From the NCBI RefSeq assembly GCF_002105155.1, contig NW_019029003.1, positions 248,001 through 312,000 on the forward strand: 64,000 nucleotides of DNA. Direction: 5' to 3'. The stretch is from Lobosporangium transversale. Taxonomy: Eukaryota. Positions 26,101 through 36,300 of the stretch are shown here, one piece after another; the first letter of the stretch is position 1, and every line of letters starts with the position of its first letter. The notes below the pieces were generated by a model. The model saw only the letters and a list, made by a program, of their open reading frames with translations, ran no database searches and was not told the origin of the DNA. The position numbers were made by a program, and so were the translations under genes.

Positions 26101-28278
26101 CACTCTCAAGGCTCTGTACCCTGCATCAGCATCGGATTCTTCCGTCTCGTAGATTGATTCGTCATCCTCATAGTCGTCGTACTCATCATCATACTCATCG
26201 CTCTCATCAGACAAGTACGTTGATGTCGTAGGCTGAGGGGTTGAGGCGCGAACATTTAGACCGCCACCAAGGGTGATAGTCCTTCCCTCACTCTCCACGT
26301 AGTACACGATACCGTTGCTCCAATCAGCCTTGGCTTTCAGCGCCTTGAGCCAGTCATCGCCAAGGAGGAAGTCATATGTGCCCTTACAGTCGATCACTCC
26401 CATCGACATTCTCAAGGGGATCCCGGACACATAAATATCGATAGGTCTTGTGCGGCCCGCAAGCTTCTGGAAGGACCCATGGGCTAATAGCACCGCACGA
26501 GTAGCAGGCTCTAACTTCAGTCCGAGTGCGTTTGCCACATGTAGGCCCATCATAGTATGGTCATTGCCTGGATCAATAACGGCGTTGTTGAAGTCTCGTC
26601 CCAAGGCGGTGACGGTCGTGACATCACCCTTGCCACCTTGAACGTTCCTGGCCATAGCTATTGCTGACTGACTCCTCTTAGGCTTGCTTCTTCTTGGAGG
26701 GGCATGGCGGGCCCAGGCCTCGGTAACAGCTGCCTTGAGTTGCACTGCCATCTTTCCACGGTACTTGGAGTGAGTGGCCAAATCAAAATTCAATCCTTCG
26801 ACCGCATCAACGAACACTGGATCAGGAATGACGCGCTTCCTGGTACGCTTTGGCGTCGCATTTGGAGCTTCTGCAACATTATTCTCTCGCCCGTCGACCG
26901 CTCTGTCATCAAAAGTCACTGTCTGGAAGTGGGGGTCCCCAGAAGGTTGCGCACTACTAGTGGATGCCTCAGCCTCCCACTGCATTCCTCGGACAGGTGG
27001 AGTAGTGCCTCTCGTTTCCTCTCTTCGTTGAGACGATGGACCTGCAGGAGTGCCTGTCCTCTCACTGCGACGTCGCTGGGCACCTGTCGAATTTAATCGC
27101 TGTGGCTTAGTCGTGATAAATGATTGGGCGACATTAGTGGCGGAGATTTCTAAACTTTGCACTCTTAGCGAGGAGTTAGTTTGAGTGGCCAATGGGACGC
27201 TATTGGCGCCTGTGGCGGGGCTTCCTTGTTCCTTAGTGCAAACCTTCGAAGTATGGCCTCGCTCGCCACATCGGAAGCATTCCACCAATGGGCAGAACGA
27301 CAAGAGGTGCCCCTCTTGATTACATTTATGGCAGGTTCTACGGGCCATAGGGATAGCCTGCTGACTTCGAACTTCGGCGGGTTGGAGCACGGCATTAGGT
27401 CTAGCCTCCACTCTAATATGCTTGGCCAATTCAGAGGAACCAAACACTCGCCTCGCTACAGCCGGGCTCATTCTTGAGATAGTCTGAGCGATTCGCGCCT
27501 CCGGAGTTCGCTCCTCGGCAGCAAGGGTCCAGGCTCCGAACATGTCTGTTAATTCGTCTACGCTTAATTGATTAACTTTCTCTTTGTCGTCTTTGAAGTC
27601 CGCTAGGAAGCCAGAGTAGTGCGTCCTCGGCACTAGGGTCGATCCAAGCAGAACATTCGTCTCGATTGGTGCAGCATGCTCAGCGTTGCTGCGAGCTATG
27701 ACACGGCTCTCAGTGGTGTCAATGCCCCAACGATTTCCTTCAACCAATTGTGTCACTGATTCGAAGGTTTCCTTCAAGGTCGCAGGCGCTTCTTTGTTCT
27801 TGACCTTGAAAGGATGGTCTTGCCTCAAACCCTTGCAAAATCTGTACGCCAGTAGACGCTCGGTGGCTGTTGGGATCTTGTACGGCTGTGCGTCGCAACC
27901 AGACTCTGGGTCGAGGAGTTCCATGGTAAGTTTCATTCGTTGTACATAGTTGGCTGTCGTCTCATCTTCTCCTTGCTTAATAGAATGCAACTCGTCCAGG
28001 GTGACATCCTGGCTTCTAGGGGTAGAGGCCTCCATGATGAAATCGCTGACGAACTGGCTCCAGGCACCATTCGTCTTGTTTGTCATCCTCCAGCGCCTGA
28101 TCCAGCGTTGGATCTTGCCTGTCGCCTGCCTCTCGACGAACATCAACTTGTTGCTCAGGGTTTCTCCTTCGATAACACCTCCAAAATCGCTGATCCATGT
28201 CGCGGCGGTTAGACCCTCAGCCTCTGCCGACGGCCACTTCGGGATCATGGTAAGAAGAATCGATAAATTGGAAGACAT
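22555..28278 (-). CDS. Gag-Pol polyprotein in a single ORF (Gag, 2 zinc knuckles, protease, RT, RNase H, integrase)
   Basis: CHKCNQEGHLLSFC and CFRCGERGHTSKVC knuckles; AVIDPG protease; LDGFQGY, MPFGLKNAP, YMDD (RT); CDACKYAMGAVL (RNase H); HDKGGH..CGRC, FVDL, SDGG, GQVEATN (integrase). PR-RT-RH-IN order indicates Ty3/gypsy. First ATG at 28278. Confidence 0.96.
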   Translation of the reverse strand: MSSNLSILLTMIPKWPSAEAEGLTAATWISDFGGVIEGETLSNKLMFVERQATGKIQRWIRRWRMTNKTNGAWSQFVSDFIMEASTPRSQDVTLDELHSIKQGEDETTANYVQRMKLTMELLDPESGCDAQPYKIPTATERLLAYRFCKGLRQDHPFKVKNKEAPATLKETFESVTQLVEGNRWGIDTTESRVIARSNAEHAAPIETNVLLGSTLVPRTHYSGFLADFKDDKEKVNQLSVDELTDMFGAWTLAAEERTPEARIAQTISRMSPAVARRVFGSSELAKHIRVEARPNAVLQPAEVRSQQAIPMARRTCHKCNQEGHLLSFCPLVECFRCGERGHTSKVCTKEQGSPATGANSVPLATQTNSSLRVQSLEISATNVAQSFITTKPQRLNSTGAQRRRSERTGTPAGPSSQRREETRGTTPPVRGMQWEAEASTSSAQPSGDPHFQTVTFDDRAVDGRENNVAEAPNATPKRTRKRVIPDPVFVDAVEGLNFDLATHSKYRGKMAVQLKAAVTEAWARHAPPRRSKPKRSQSAIAMARNVQGGKGDVTTVTALGRDFNNAVIDPGNDHTMMGLHVANALGLKLEPATRAVLLAHGSFQKLAGRTRPIDIYVSGIPLRMSMGVIDCKGTYDFLLGDDWLKALKAKADWSNGIVYYVESEGRTITLGGGLNVRASTPQPTTSTYLSDESDEYDDEYDDYEDDESIYETEESDADAGYRALRVKTIEVGDPDLQAMTARVFSSKIQCENDDARVKRQPFAVDGVNVDINPNLSNEQYGQIVELLEKNKDRLTTNLEDLEVTSILEHEINIQPGAKPVYVGWCKRYSPKELDFLKKSVDDELKAGKIIEMESEWCAPLSLAPKKDGSLRKCVAYIGLNKVTERESWPLPNIEEILDNLGGFEYYSSLDGFQGYYVIGIKKEHVKYLGFRTPFGTFAYKVMPFGLKNAPHTFSRFVRKVYSDLIGRVLEAYMDDVCVRTMTWGEHLRALDHTFAAARAGGVKYKTSKLHFGYDKVKFTGHVVGKDGIEVMPDKVDKVKNFTPLRSKEDVRAFLGLTGYYRRFVESYAQIAEPLTRLLKKGASFTMGPEQVAAVKGLKAKLIQAPVLKAPDFEKDWVVSCDACKYAMGAVLEQEDEEGKLRPVYFYSKTFQGAERNYSTFEQECLAVVIAVKKFRPYILGRSVVVYTDHAPLKWLFSKTDLTGRPARWQMILSEFELVIKTKPGTKNGNADGMSRIMSEGIATDDIDDEVPECLSRRAESTGEKWLASQWYANFYMYLAEMRLELEDKVEMRRIKRQAYRFRLTKEGDLLYRDADNREKRCVVEDEVEGVLKEAHDKGGHYGAESTLATVRDVCWWPTMRRDVFHWVKSCGRCQQFGSRVKHNRLHPTVSEFPFEVLFVDLIENLVETPRGMTTIVVFTDSFTKWTEAHAVANKGAQGVLAVLFMKIICRFGLPVMIRSDGGPAFRNEFKTFCDLWGIKHVTGSTRHPQSQGQVEATNKLIEERLRRVLPAGSKDWDAFLPKAVFDVNCRVVRSTGVSPMEALMGYTGQSALRRLFADDKFLVSAEAPEENDVVLEESMARFIVRREGIREYAYSCKLNANDRMKRYYDRRVRPQSFEVGSRVYMFNLDFVTGFGRKLEPRWLGPFEVVWANEKGSYGIKTGRTHYGTKDGVETINGDFLKLATQRQRLWEDDFIENLQRATEKNPHYADTEQPLAPDQLHQPSLGRGREDTANEGTPIQSPHPLSPRTGQAQSRDAPQAQVAPSVNEASREDATGQPSLWRMPPRREEDTSPVRVSQLARLCLERPQLTAYLALERGGNCLGLRRFWRRLLRCKWRNRGRANLVVSKGNHLRRSRRRGSDNDGRSRNNGRSRRRSRSRRSGRGRRSDRRVRSDSRTRLWRRAQRQT

Positions 28279-28315
28279 TGTAGCTGCCACCCCCTGCGTA
28301 GATCACCAGAAATAT

Positions 28316-28679
28316 TGTTGCAAAATTTAGGGGCAGATGTGGTAGGAGATTTAGGTCGTTTTGGTGGATTATGAAGCCGGTCACTTCCAGCTGCAGATAG
28401 ATAAATAATTCTAACACAATAAAAGAACACACACACTACTCAAAGACTGGACGAGAACAGTCAGTACTCAAATGGCTCTTGTGTAAAAATAAGGAACCTT
28501 TAATGATCTATGGCTACTAACGACGAACGTTGTGAGGGCTCTTTACCTGGACGAGAACAGTCAGTACTCAAATGGCTCTTGTGTAAAAATAAGGAACAAG
28601 GAGCCAGATTTTCCTGAGCTGTTGCTCGTTAAATAGTTGGTGGCGAACCCTCTACACGTGACTAAAACTAAAACCAACA
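28316..28679 (-). repeat. 5' LTR (364 bp)
   Basis: Direct repeat of 21735-22098. Confidence 0.96.
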
Positions 28680-29285
28680 ATACAATTCCCCAATCTCAAA
28701 AGCGTTCACTTAATTGGGACGGCGACGACCAGGAACAACACGACGATCAAAGCAAGCGGTGCCGCCAGACCCCCCCCCCCCCCCCCCCCAGAAACCTATC
28801 TCCCACGCACTCTTCTTCCCCTCACCAGAGTCCTCTATAGCCATCTTCCCCTTGCCAGAGCTTCCTAAAGCCATCTTCCCCACGCCAAAAATCCCCACAT
28901 CCTCCTCGCTCTCGCTCTCGCTCTCCCCTTCACTCTCGACCGCTCTCTCCTACACGCCCCGTCCATCAATCAGATCGGGAAGACCAACTCTCTGTTCATT
29001 CGCTTTCACTTGAAGAAACAGTAAGCACGCCGAGAGGCACCGATGCTACCGCCCCGTGGACTGCCCAAAACCTTCGTTTCCATGCCGGTTTATATGATCT
29101 ATTGAAAAAGCGAGCCGACACTGAAACTCTTTTGCTTGAAGAACAACAAAATGTCAATAAAAAAAAAGACTTTAATATTTAATACCTAATAAATAAAAAA
29201 GAAACCTTTGTGTCAAAAACGTTCAATTTTGTGTTGGAACCCCAACGAGGGTAAATGAGCCTCACGAGGCAAAGCCTAGACTGGA

Positions 29286-29320
29286 GCGACCGTGAGCGAA
29301 GCCACGGGTCGCCCGTCTAG
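29286..29320 (+). other. Helitron 3' terminal hairpin and CTAG end
   Basis: GCGACCGTG-AGCGAAGC-CACGGGTCGC stem-loop with one bulge, 4 nt upstream of CTAG|T. Confidence 0.85.
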
Positions 29321-32069
29321 TTCTCTTCTATTTCCTGTGGAAAAAGGATTTAAAACCTAACCTTTTTCATCACGCTTCAAGTTTATAATTCGCAATCACA
29401 TTGACATCTGCAACATGATTCCTGAAAATACCAGAATGTAGAACAGTGTAGCTGTTTAAATGTTGGACAAGCTGTATGTCCGCTTTGTCACTGTCGTTTC
29501 TTGCCTTAATACTGTGTCTCGTTAATGCTCTACCTCGTTAATACTGTGCCTCGATAAAACTGTACTCTGGTTGAGCAATAATAAAGGAAGCGCTGTCTGC
29601 AGTACAACAGAAAGAAAGGTCTTTTCTCAGTAGCACTTAAAAAATACTACGACTTTCTGAAGTTTAATTAAAGCTTTCAAGCGAATAATCCAGTAGATGT
29701 AGATCAGTGCACAATGAAGAGGAGAGAACACTCAGATAAACATAGCATGGGCCTGCGAGCAAGAATATTAAACTAAATTGATGGCCGGAACGGAAGGACT
29801 TAATGGTATTGTGAAAAAAGCGAAGACGCCAGCAAAAAACGAAGGCTGAAGGAGAACTAATTGCACGTCTACGACGCATCTTGGAGATGGCGTTCCATAT
29901 GTCGCTTGCGCATATACTTGTGACCTTGCTCAGCTGACGAAACCGGGTTCCAGGCTTTGATATTGGTATTTGTGTTTGGCCGTAAGCCGAGAGGAGCTAC
30001 TCGGGCGCTATTGACGGCGTTACCATCCGGGTCGCAGGGTATTCAAGCTCGTTGCGTCGGCAGTAGTTGAGATAGCCATTGCTAGTCTGATACTGCTCCC
30101 CGAGTGAGCCGAGTACTTTTTGGTATTATCCACCTTGATTATTCATAGCATCAAACTTCACATAACATTTGAACAATGTACAACATTCTTTTCTCGCGCG
30201 CTAGCGAGTTCCAGCTTAAAATGATCAATAAATAGTAGGAGTTGGCCATAACACAGTGAATATTCCGGTTATCTATAGTAACCACTCTTCACTTGTTCTT
30301 CAAGGGCTATGAATCCATTGCAAGAAAAACAATTGATCACACTGACTGCCATCCCATGAGTACTTTTATTTTGGGCCCTTATCTAGAAAAAATAAGAGTC
30401 CACGAGCGCTCGCAACTTACATCTTTTTTTCCAATTCTCATGCTCACGATAGCATTAGCATCACGCTCTACAAAAGCACAAACCATTCTTTCTTTTTTAT
30501 TAAACGATAGCCACTCGAAAAGAACGGCGCGCGTGGGATGAAGAGCATGCCCACAGAGACTTCGGTTATCGGCCTCAAGCCTCAATGAAGAACTCCTAGA
30601 CAGGGACCACACATTTGACGAAGATGAATGTGGAACCAATGATAATGGCGGTTACTGTGAGTCTTCCAGATGATCATTTGTAGGTCTAAATATTAAACAG
30701 CCACTTGCTTGGCATCTGCTATTTTTGACCTTTTTACTGACCTCTTCTGCGTGTCTCAGTGCTTCGGTAGATAGAGAGCCTTACAGCCCGCTGCATTCAG
30801 TAACATGCGCAAACAAGGCAAAATTTATCACTTTGCGGCTAGAGCAGGTAAGAGCAGCTTAATGTTTACTAAGGCAGCACTGCAGACTCTTGTGGTGAAG
30901 TATACGTGAGATGTCATCAAGGTCGGATAAGGTGATCTCGAGGAATGAGTAAGTGGGATAGGAAGCAAAGATAGGGGTATAGGAATGGCTTTATTATAGA
31001 CTGAGCTTTCCTATATTCCATGACCTTGAACTGAAACACGCTCTAGACACTCTCAATACAGTTATAAAAGCCTTAAATAGCTTTGTAATATTCAGACAGT
31101 ATTTGTTGGGTTAACTTATTCGAACAACGGCAACAGAAATACATGATATATTTTCAATATCAAGGTTGCTATCTCTGGATGCTAAAAACTTGGCCATGGA
31201 AGTGTAGAGCCGTACAGCATGTAACTGCTTTTTTGAGACAGGATCAGACAAAAGCCGGTACCTCATGCTGGGCCTTGCCATAGCCATTACTAAATATCTG
31301 ATGTTATGAATAGAAGTGAGGGAGCCCCTGAAGTGCACTCCCAATGCGCTAGCATATGAAAGATTTCTAGTGTTTGGCAATGCTAACATGGCCATTGTCC
31401 CAAATGACTTCAAGAAGCAAGCCCACTATCACCGCTAGGTCTGCCTATGGTAAACGAGAGCTCCCCAAATCCCTTTCCCTCCTCTAGCAGACCAGGCAGA
31501 ACCAATCTAACGTGTTAAGTGTGCGTCATTTCGGAGTTCAAAGCCAACTTCTCAACCACGTTACCCGTTTTGTGAGACCTTGGAACCCGCGACTTGGGTC
31601 TACATTTTCCTCCTCAGTTACCTCACTAGACTGTGGACAGCGTTGAAATGAGCGCGGCACTTGCACCGCCTTCTCATTCTCGTATACTTCCTCTGTCTCC
31701 TCGAGTTCACAAAAGAGGTCGGCCTGAGTCCCAATTAAAGGCCTGTACTTCCTTGGATATTTCTACAGCCCATGCTGAGTCAATAACTGAGTGTCAGCCT
31801 TTGGGCGGTTCCAGATAAGTTTGTGACCGGCGATACAGGAGGGTAGGGAGTGGCAAAGTACGGTTGAGACGCATTACCAATAGTCGTACTTTGTTGTATC
31901 TTGCCATTCGTGGATTCTACATCTATCAATGTAGGATGCAGGGCATTGATCAAGCATTAGCACTAGATGGAGAAGACGACATGTCTCCACACTACCTTCG
32001 AAATCCAAAGCAGTAAGGGGGAATTATTTCTCGATAATATGAGGGCACCGCACCATACGAACAAGCATG

Positions 32070-32970
32070 CCTAGAAGAATTCCTTCTAAAGCTAATTACC
32101 GTCAACGGAGCAACATTCATTTTGTTTAGCTCGGAAGGCTATAGGGAAATATGTATACTATCCAGCTCGTTCTATGTAACCCTACGCATGGGTGCCATTC
32201 AAGCAAAGCTGAGCTCAAATATAATGGAATTTTATCTTCCCACCAAGGAGTACTTTCATACCAACAAGTTTCATGGTGCTATCATAGCAGATAGTTGGAC
32301 AAGCGGTGATCAAGGGATGTTCCTTAGAGTGGCATTTCATTCTCTAATGCATGACTAGCTGGCTTCACTGGTCATTGGTGTGGAGCAAATTGAAGGCCCT
32401 CAAGCGGCAGTCCTAGTGGAAAAGCTTGTCAAGAAAAACACTGGCTAGACTTTGTTAGTCTATTGTGTATTTGAGAATTGCATTTGCCATTTGAGCTTCG
32501 TTCTACAGTGGATGTAACCAATAGATGGGATTTACACGAGGACCTGTTCTGCGTAACAGCACTTTATAGGACGCAAACGGACTTAACCTGGCTCTCCAGT
32601 TCTTCCTATATGAGACAGCCGTGTATCAGCAAGGTATTGAACCGAAGTCCTGGAGCACATTCCGTGATAGAAAGATGCCACAACATCTCGATAGTCATCA
32701 GAAACAGTAACGCTGCTATGGATATCATCAATATTAAGCAGGACAGTTGCTGCTACCTTTCATCACTCCGAAACAGATTAACTGATAAAAACATGAATTT
32801 TTCTGTAGGCAAAGGCCTATGAAGTACGTTCACGCAGCTTCAGCATTAAGTCTGGTTTGTGTTGTTTCTGCATCAGATTAATACCTATTTCCTTTCCGGT
32901 AAGTGTGGGAAAGCAAAGTGCGAATGTTATATTTTGAACATGTACTTTTGCTTCAGGATATTGGAAGGAA
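32070..32970 (+). pseudogene. hAT-like transposase remnant
   Basis: GAIIADSWTSGDQGMFLRVAFH resembles the hAT first catalytic DxWT motif. Followed by LVIGVEQIEGPQAA and VIERCHNISIVIRNS. Multiple stops and frameshifts; boundaries approximate. Confidence 0.55.
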
Positions 32971-33030
32971 AATTAACTCACAATTCGTCTTTTTTTTTTT
33001 TTTATTTTTTTTATTTTTTTATTTTTTTTT

Positions 33031-33157
33031 TTTATTTTCAATTTTATTTTCAATTTTATTTTCAATTTTATTTTCAATTTTATTTTCAATTTTATTTTCA
33101 ATTTTATTTTCAATTTTATTTTCAATTTTATTTTCAATTTTATTTTCAATTTTATTT
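33031..33157. repeat. Tandem repeat (TTTATTTTCAAT) x10
   Basis: Ten 12-bp units following a T-rich tract. Confidence 0.95.
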
Positions 33158-33363
33158 TAATGACACATCTTTTAATATAGTCCATGCCATTAAAAAACGG
33201 GATAGGCCATCTAGACCAAGGATTATTGTAAAAGAACAAGAAATACATAAGTGCTTAGAAATAAGTAAATTAACCAAAGAAAGTATTGTCAAGCCAATAC
33301 TTACAACTTTTCAAGACAGAGGTCTTTTAGAACCAAGTCATATTTGTAGTAGATCAAATCCTA

Positions 33364-36300
33364 TTATTGCTGCCGGCTTGATGTCTTTCCTCCTCTTGGG
33401 AGCAACAAAGGCCCTTTCGATGGTCTTGATCCCTCTATTCCTCCTCCTTCATGTGAATATTTCCTTTTTCTGGTCCCACTACTACTACAACCACCGCTAC
33501 CATCGCTACCACCATCGCTGCCACTACTGCTAGAAGCTTGATCTTGAATTCCTCCATATATTTTGCAGCTCGTTTTTGCAGCCTCACCTGTGACCCACAG
33601 ACCCTTGGAATATTTTCAGCACCAGCAGCAACCCGATCAAAGTATGTTTTACAATTCCGACAGTACTTGTGTCGATAAGGAGCATTCTCCAGTAAAGTAT
33701 CACATTGAGGTGACGGACATTTGGCAGATCTGTAGTATTTGTAACAGCCTAAAATGGAGTAATCTGGAGACTTTGCCTATTCGATCCCGATTGAATACTC
33801 CATATTAAAAAAGACCCATAATTAAATGTCATTGAACATGAGATTCACCTTTTCAACAAGCTTCTTCGTCAATTTCCAATGCTTCGATACTCGCACTCGA
33901 TTAATCTTGAATGATCCAAGTCTAATACAGATCACCGCAATCATATTGGCGCCTCTTGCATTACTTCCACCTACAAGCTTCAGAATTGCCTTGATCACAT
34001 AATCAACGCATCCATCCTGTGCTGTTCTACTGTCCCAGATGCTGCCTAAGTGCATATGAGCATCAATGCCTACATACGTATATAAAGAGGCTGTTTATAA
34101 TCCTTGGCGCTACAGTCTTGGTATATACTACAGCCCATTTAGTATTCTTAATACAGCATGAAAAACCATCCTTGATCCCTGATCTAATCATTGATAAAGA
34201 AAAGATAAAGGCTCTTAGAAAAGAAGGCTATTTCCTATTTAGGGCTAAGAAAAGCTTTGACACAAATAAGAATACCGCCAAGGATAGTTATTGTCCTATG
34301 CCAGAAATGAAAGTGTTTCCAAATATATCGTACAATATCGAAAATCATGGCCTTTTGCTGAACGGCAGATGAGTATTTTCGATGAAACCATAGAATAATG
34401 GTTCACTGACGATGTCATCGCCTTGATCCTAGTGGGCAACGCCCATAATAATATGCTTACGCTCACCGCTAAAAAGGATGAACGGGGTAACGAACCCTAT
34501 GGCGTGTATGCCCTGATCTACGAGCACTAAACAAATATCTTCCGAATGACAGTTATCCTTTACCCTTGATACCTGGTACCATTGCGCGTTTAGCAGGCCA
34601 TTTGATATTTACCACGATTGATCTATCGTAGGCTTACCATCGATTACTTGTCAATACTGACGATCAGCCTCTAGCTGCCTTCATGCACAGAGGAGTACAA
34701 TAAATGTTTAAAAAAGCATCGTTTGGTCTGAAACCCTTGTCTTGTCTTTTCTAGAGGGTCATGTCGCGAATTCTAGGGCCATTTGCCGATAATTTCATTG
34801 ATGATACTGTAGTGTCCTCGACATGCCGAACATGTGCGCATTTGATTGACCGGCTGTACGAAGCCAACTTAATTATAAATCACAACAAGTATCATTCCTA
34901 CAGTACGCAAATTATTGGTTTGCACGGCAGAAGCCCTGATCCTACTAAATTTATAAATACACGTGAGTGAGAAGAGCAAACAATTTTATCTCGGCGCGTT
35001 CAATTTCTACCGAGAGAACATTCCCCTCTTCAGTGAAGTTTCGGCACCATTAGACGCACTTCGCGACCGCACTGACCCTTTTGTATTAAATGGCAAGCAG
35101 CGACAGGCTTTTCAGTCTTTAAAAGAGCTGCTTACTCATACACCGGTAATTATTTCTGGACCTTAGTAAACCCTTCTGCGTGGTAACAGACGCATCCGAT
35201 GTTGGCGTTGGAGCAGTCTTGTACCAGGAATCTCAAAATTAATTATGTACCCTTTATGTGACGCTCTTTCCAAGAGCGAGAGCGGAAATATAGCGCCACT
35301 AGAAAGGAACTATTGGGAATAGTATTTGTGGGGCAGGCATTTTCACCGATATACACATCACCATGCATTGATGTATATCCATTCACAATTAAACTTGAAT
35401 GCAACAATGATCAATTGGCAAGAAACTATTGTTCTTTTACGGCCCATTAGAGGCCTGGAATACTGAATATCTTGCCCAATGCATTGCCACGATTATTCCC
35501 ACCTGCTGTCCTGTTCAAACAGAAAGCTACAAAAGGATAGGACATAGCTATAGCATATATGCATATCTTACAGAATAAAGAGGCCTCAAGGACAAATTGC
35601 TCATGGAAAAGAGAAATAATATATCGCATAATGTACATGCAATGAGCCACATTGGCATAGATTCCATGATAAAATCCATCCATAATCGAGATAAAACCTG
35701 GCTAAAGCTTGCTGAGGATTGCTCGAACTTCATTAAAAGATGTCGTGAATGCTAACGAATGAATATTTCTAGAAAAGGGTATCATCTTAAAACGATCCAT
35801 GCTCAGCTACCAGGAGAACACATGGCAATTGATCTTGCAGGTCCATTCGTTGAGCCTGAGGATAAAATTTTTTACTTGTCCTCGTAAATGTCTGCACAGG
35901 ATTTGTTTTGCTGGATGTAATCCCTGACAAAGCAGCTTACACCGCAGCGAAAACACTATTCAAGTGTCATGCAGTATTTGTCCAAATAGAAAGGCTATGA
36001 GCTATGAGCATTCCGATAACAAAAAAGAACATTTTATTGAGAGACAATGCATAAGCGAGTATTGGGTAGACTTCTATGCCAAGTGCAAGCCTTCTATCGA
36101 TAAACCAACTAATCCTTCCATGCGACGTACTCGTACGCGCAAACAACGATAATCATGTACAGAATAGCATACGACGACAACACCTAACATCAATAGAATA
36201 AACACGATAAGTATAATAGCCATCAATAATAATAAAGCAAACGAATCTTTATCGCGGAACTCTATGCGTTGCGCATGTATTCCTGCAGGAGTTCGTTGGT

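Larger units (their letters stand above)
21735..28679 (-). mobile_element. Full-length Ty3/gypsy LTR retrotransposon, recent insertion
   Basis: 364-bp LTRs TGTTG..CAACA at 21735-22098 and 28316-28679, identical by eye. 4-bp TSD ATAC (21731-21734, 28680-28683). Candidate primer-binding site TGGTGATCTACGCAGG just inside the 5' LTR and a short G-rich tract before the 3' LTR. Confidence 0.96.
10272..29320 (+). mobile_element. Non-autonomous Helitron carrying two nested insertions
   Basis: 5' end TCTATATACTAAAG after A10271. 3' hairpin GCGACCGTG..CACGGGTCGC (29286-29312), then CTAG (29317-29320) followed by T, fitting A|T insertion without TSD. Internal RepHel remnant at 19540-21295. About 4.8 kb remains after removing the nested elements. 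The 5' end is less certain than the 3' end. Confidence 0.8.

Noticed and set aside
23834..28330. Numerous plus-strand ORFs opposite gag-pol
   Set aside because: Shadow ORFs of the long minus-strand coding frame with no independent features.
29600..31900. Scattered short ORFs, possibly a decayed gene
   Set aside because: No motif I can assign and no consistent exon chain.
33031..33157. Regular repeat next to a Cas12-related (Fanzor-like) gene, considered as a CRISPR-like array
   Set aside because: Head-to-tail 12-bp AT-rich units with no unique spacers; a simple minisatellite. The FQFY, FSIL and KIKL ORFs across it are artefacts.
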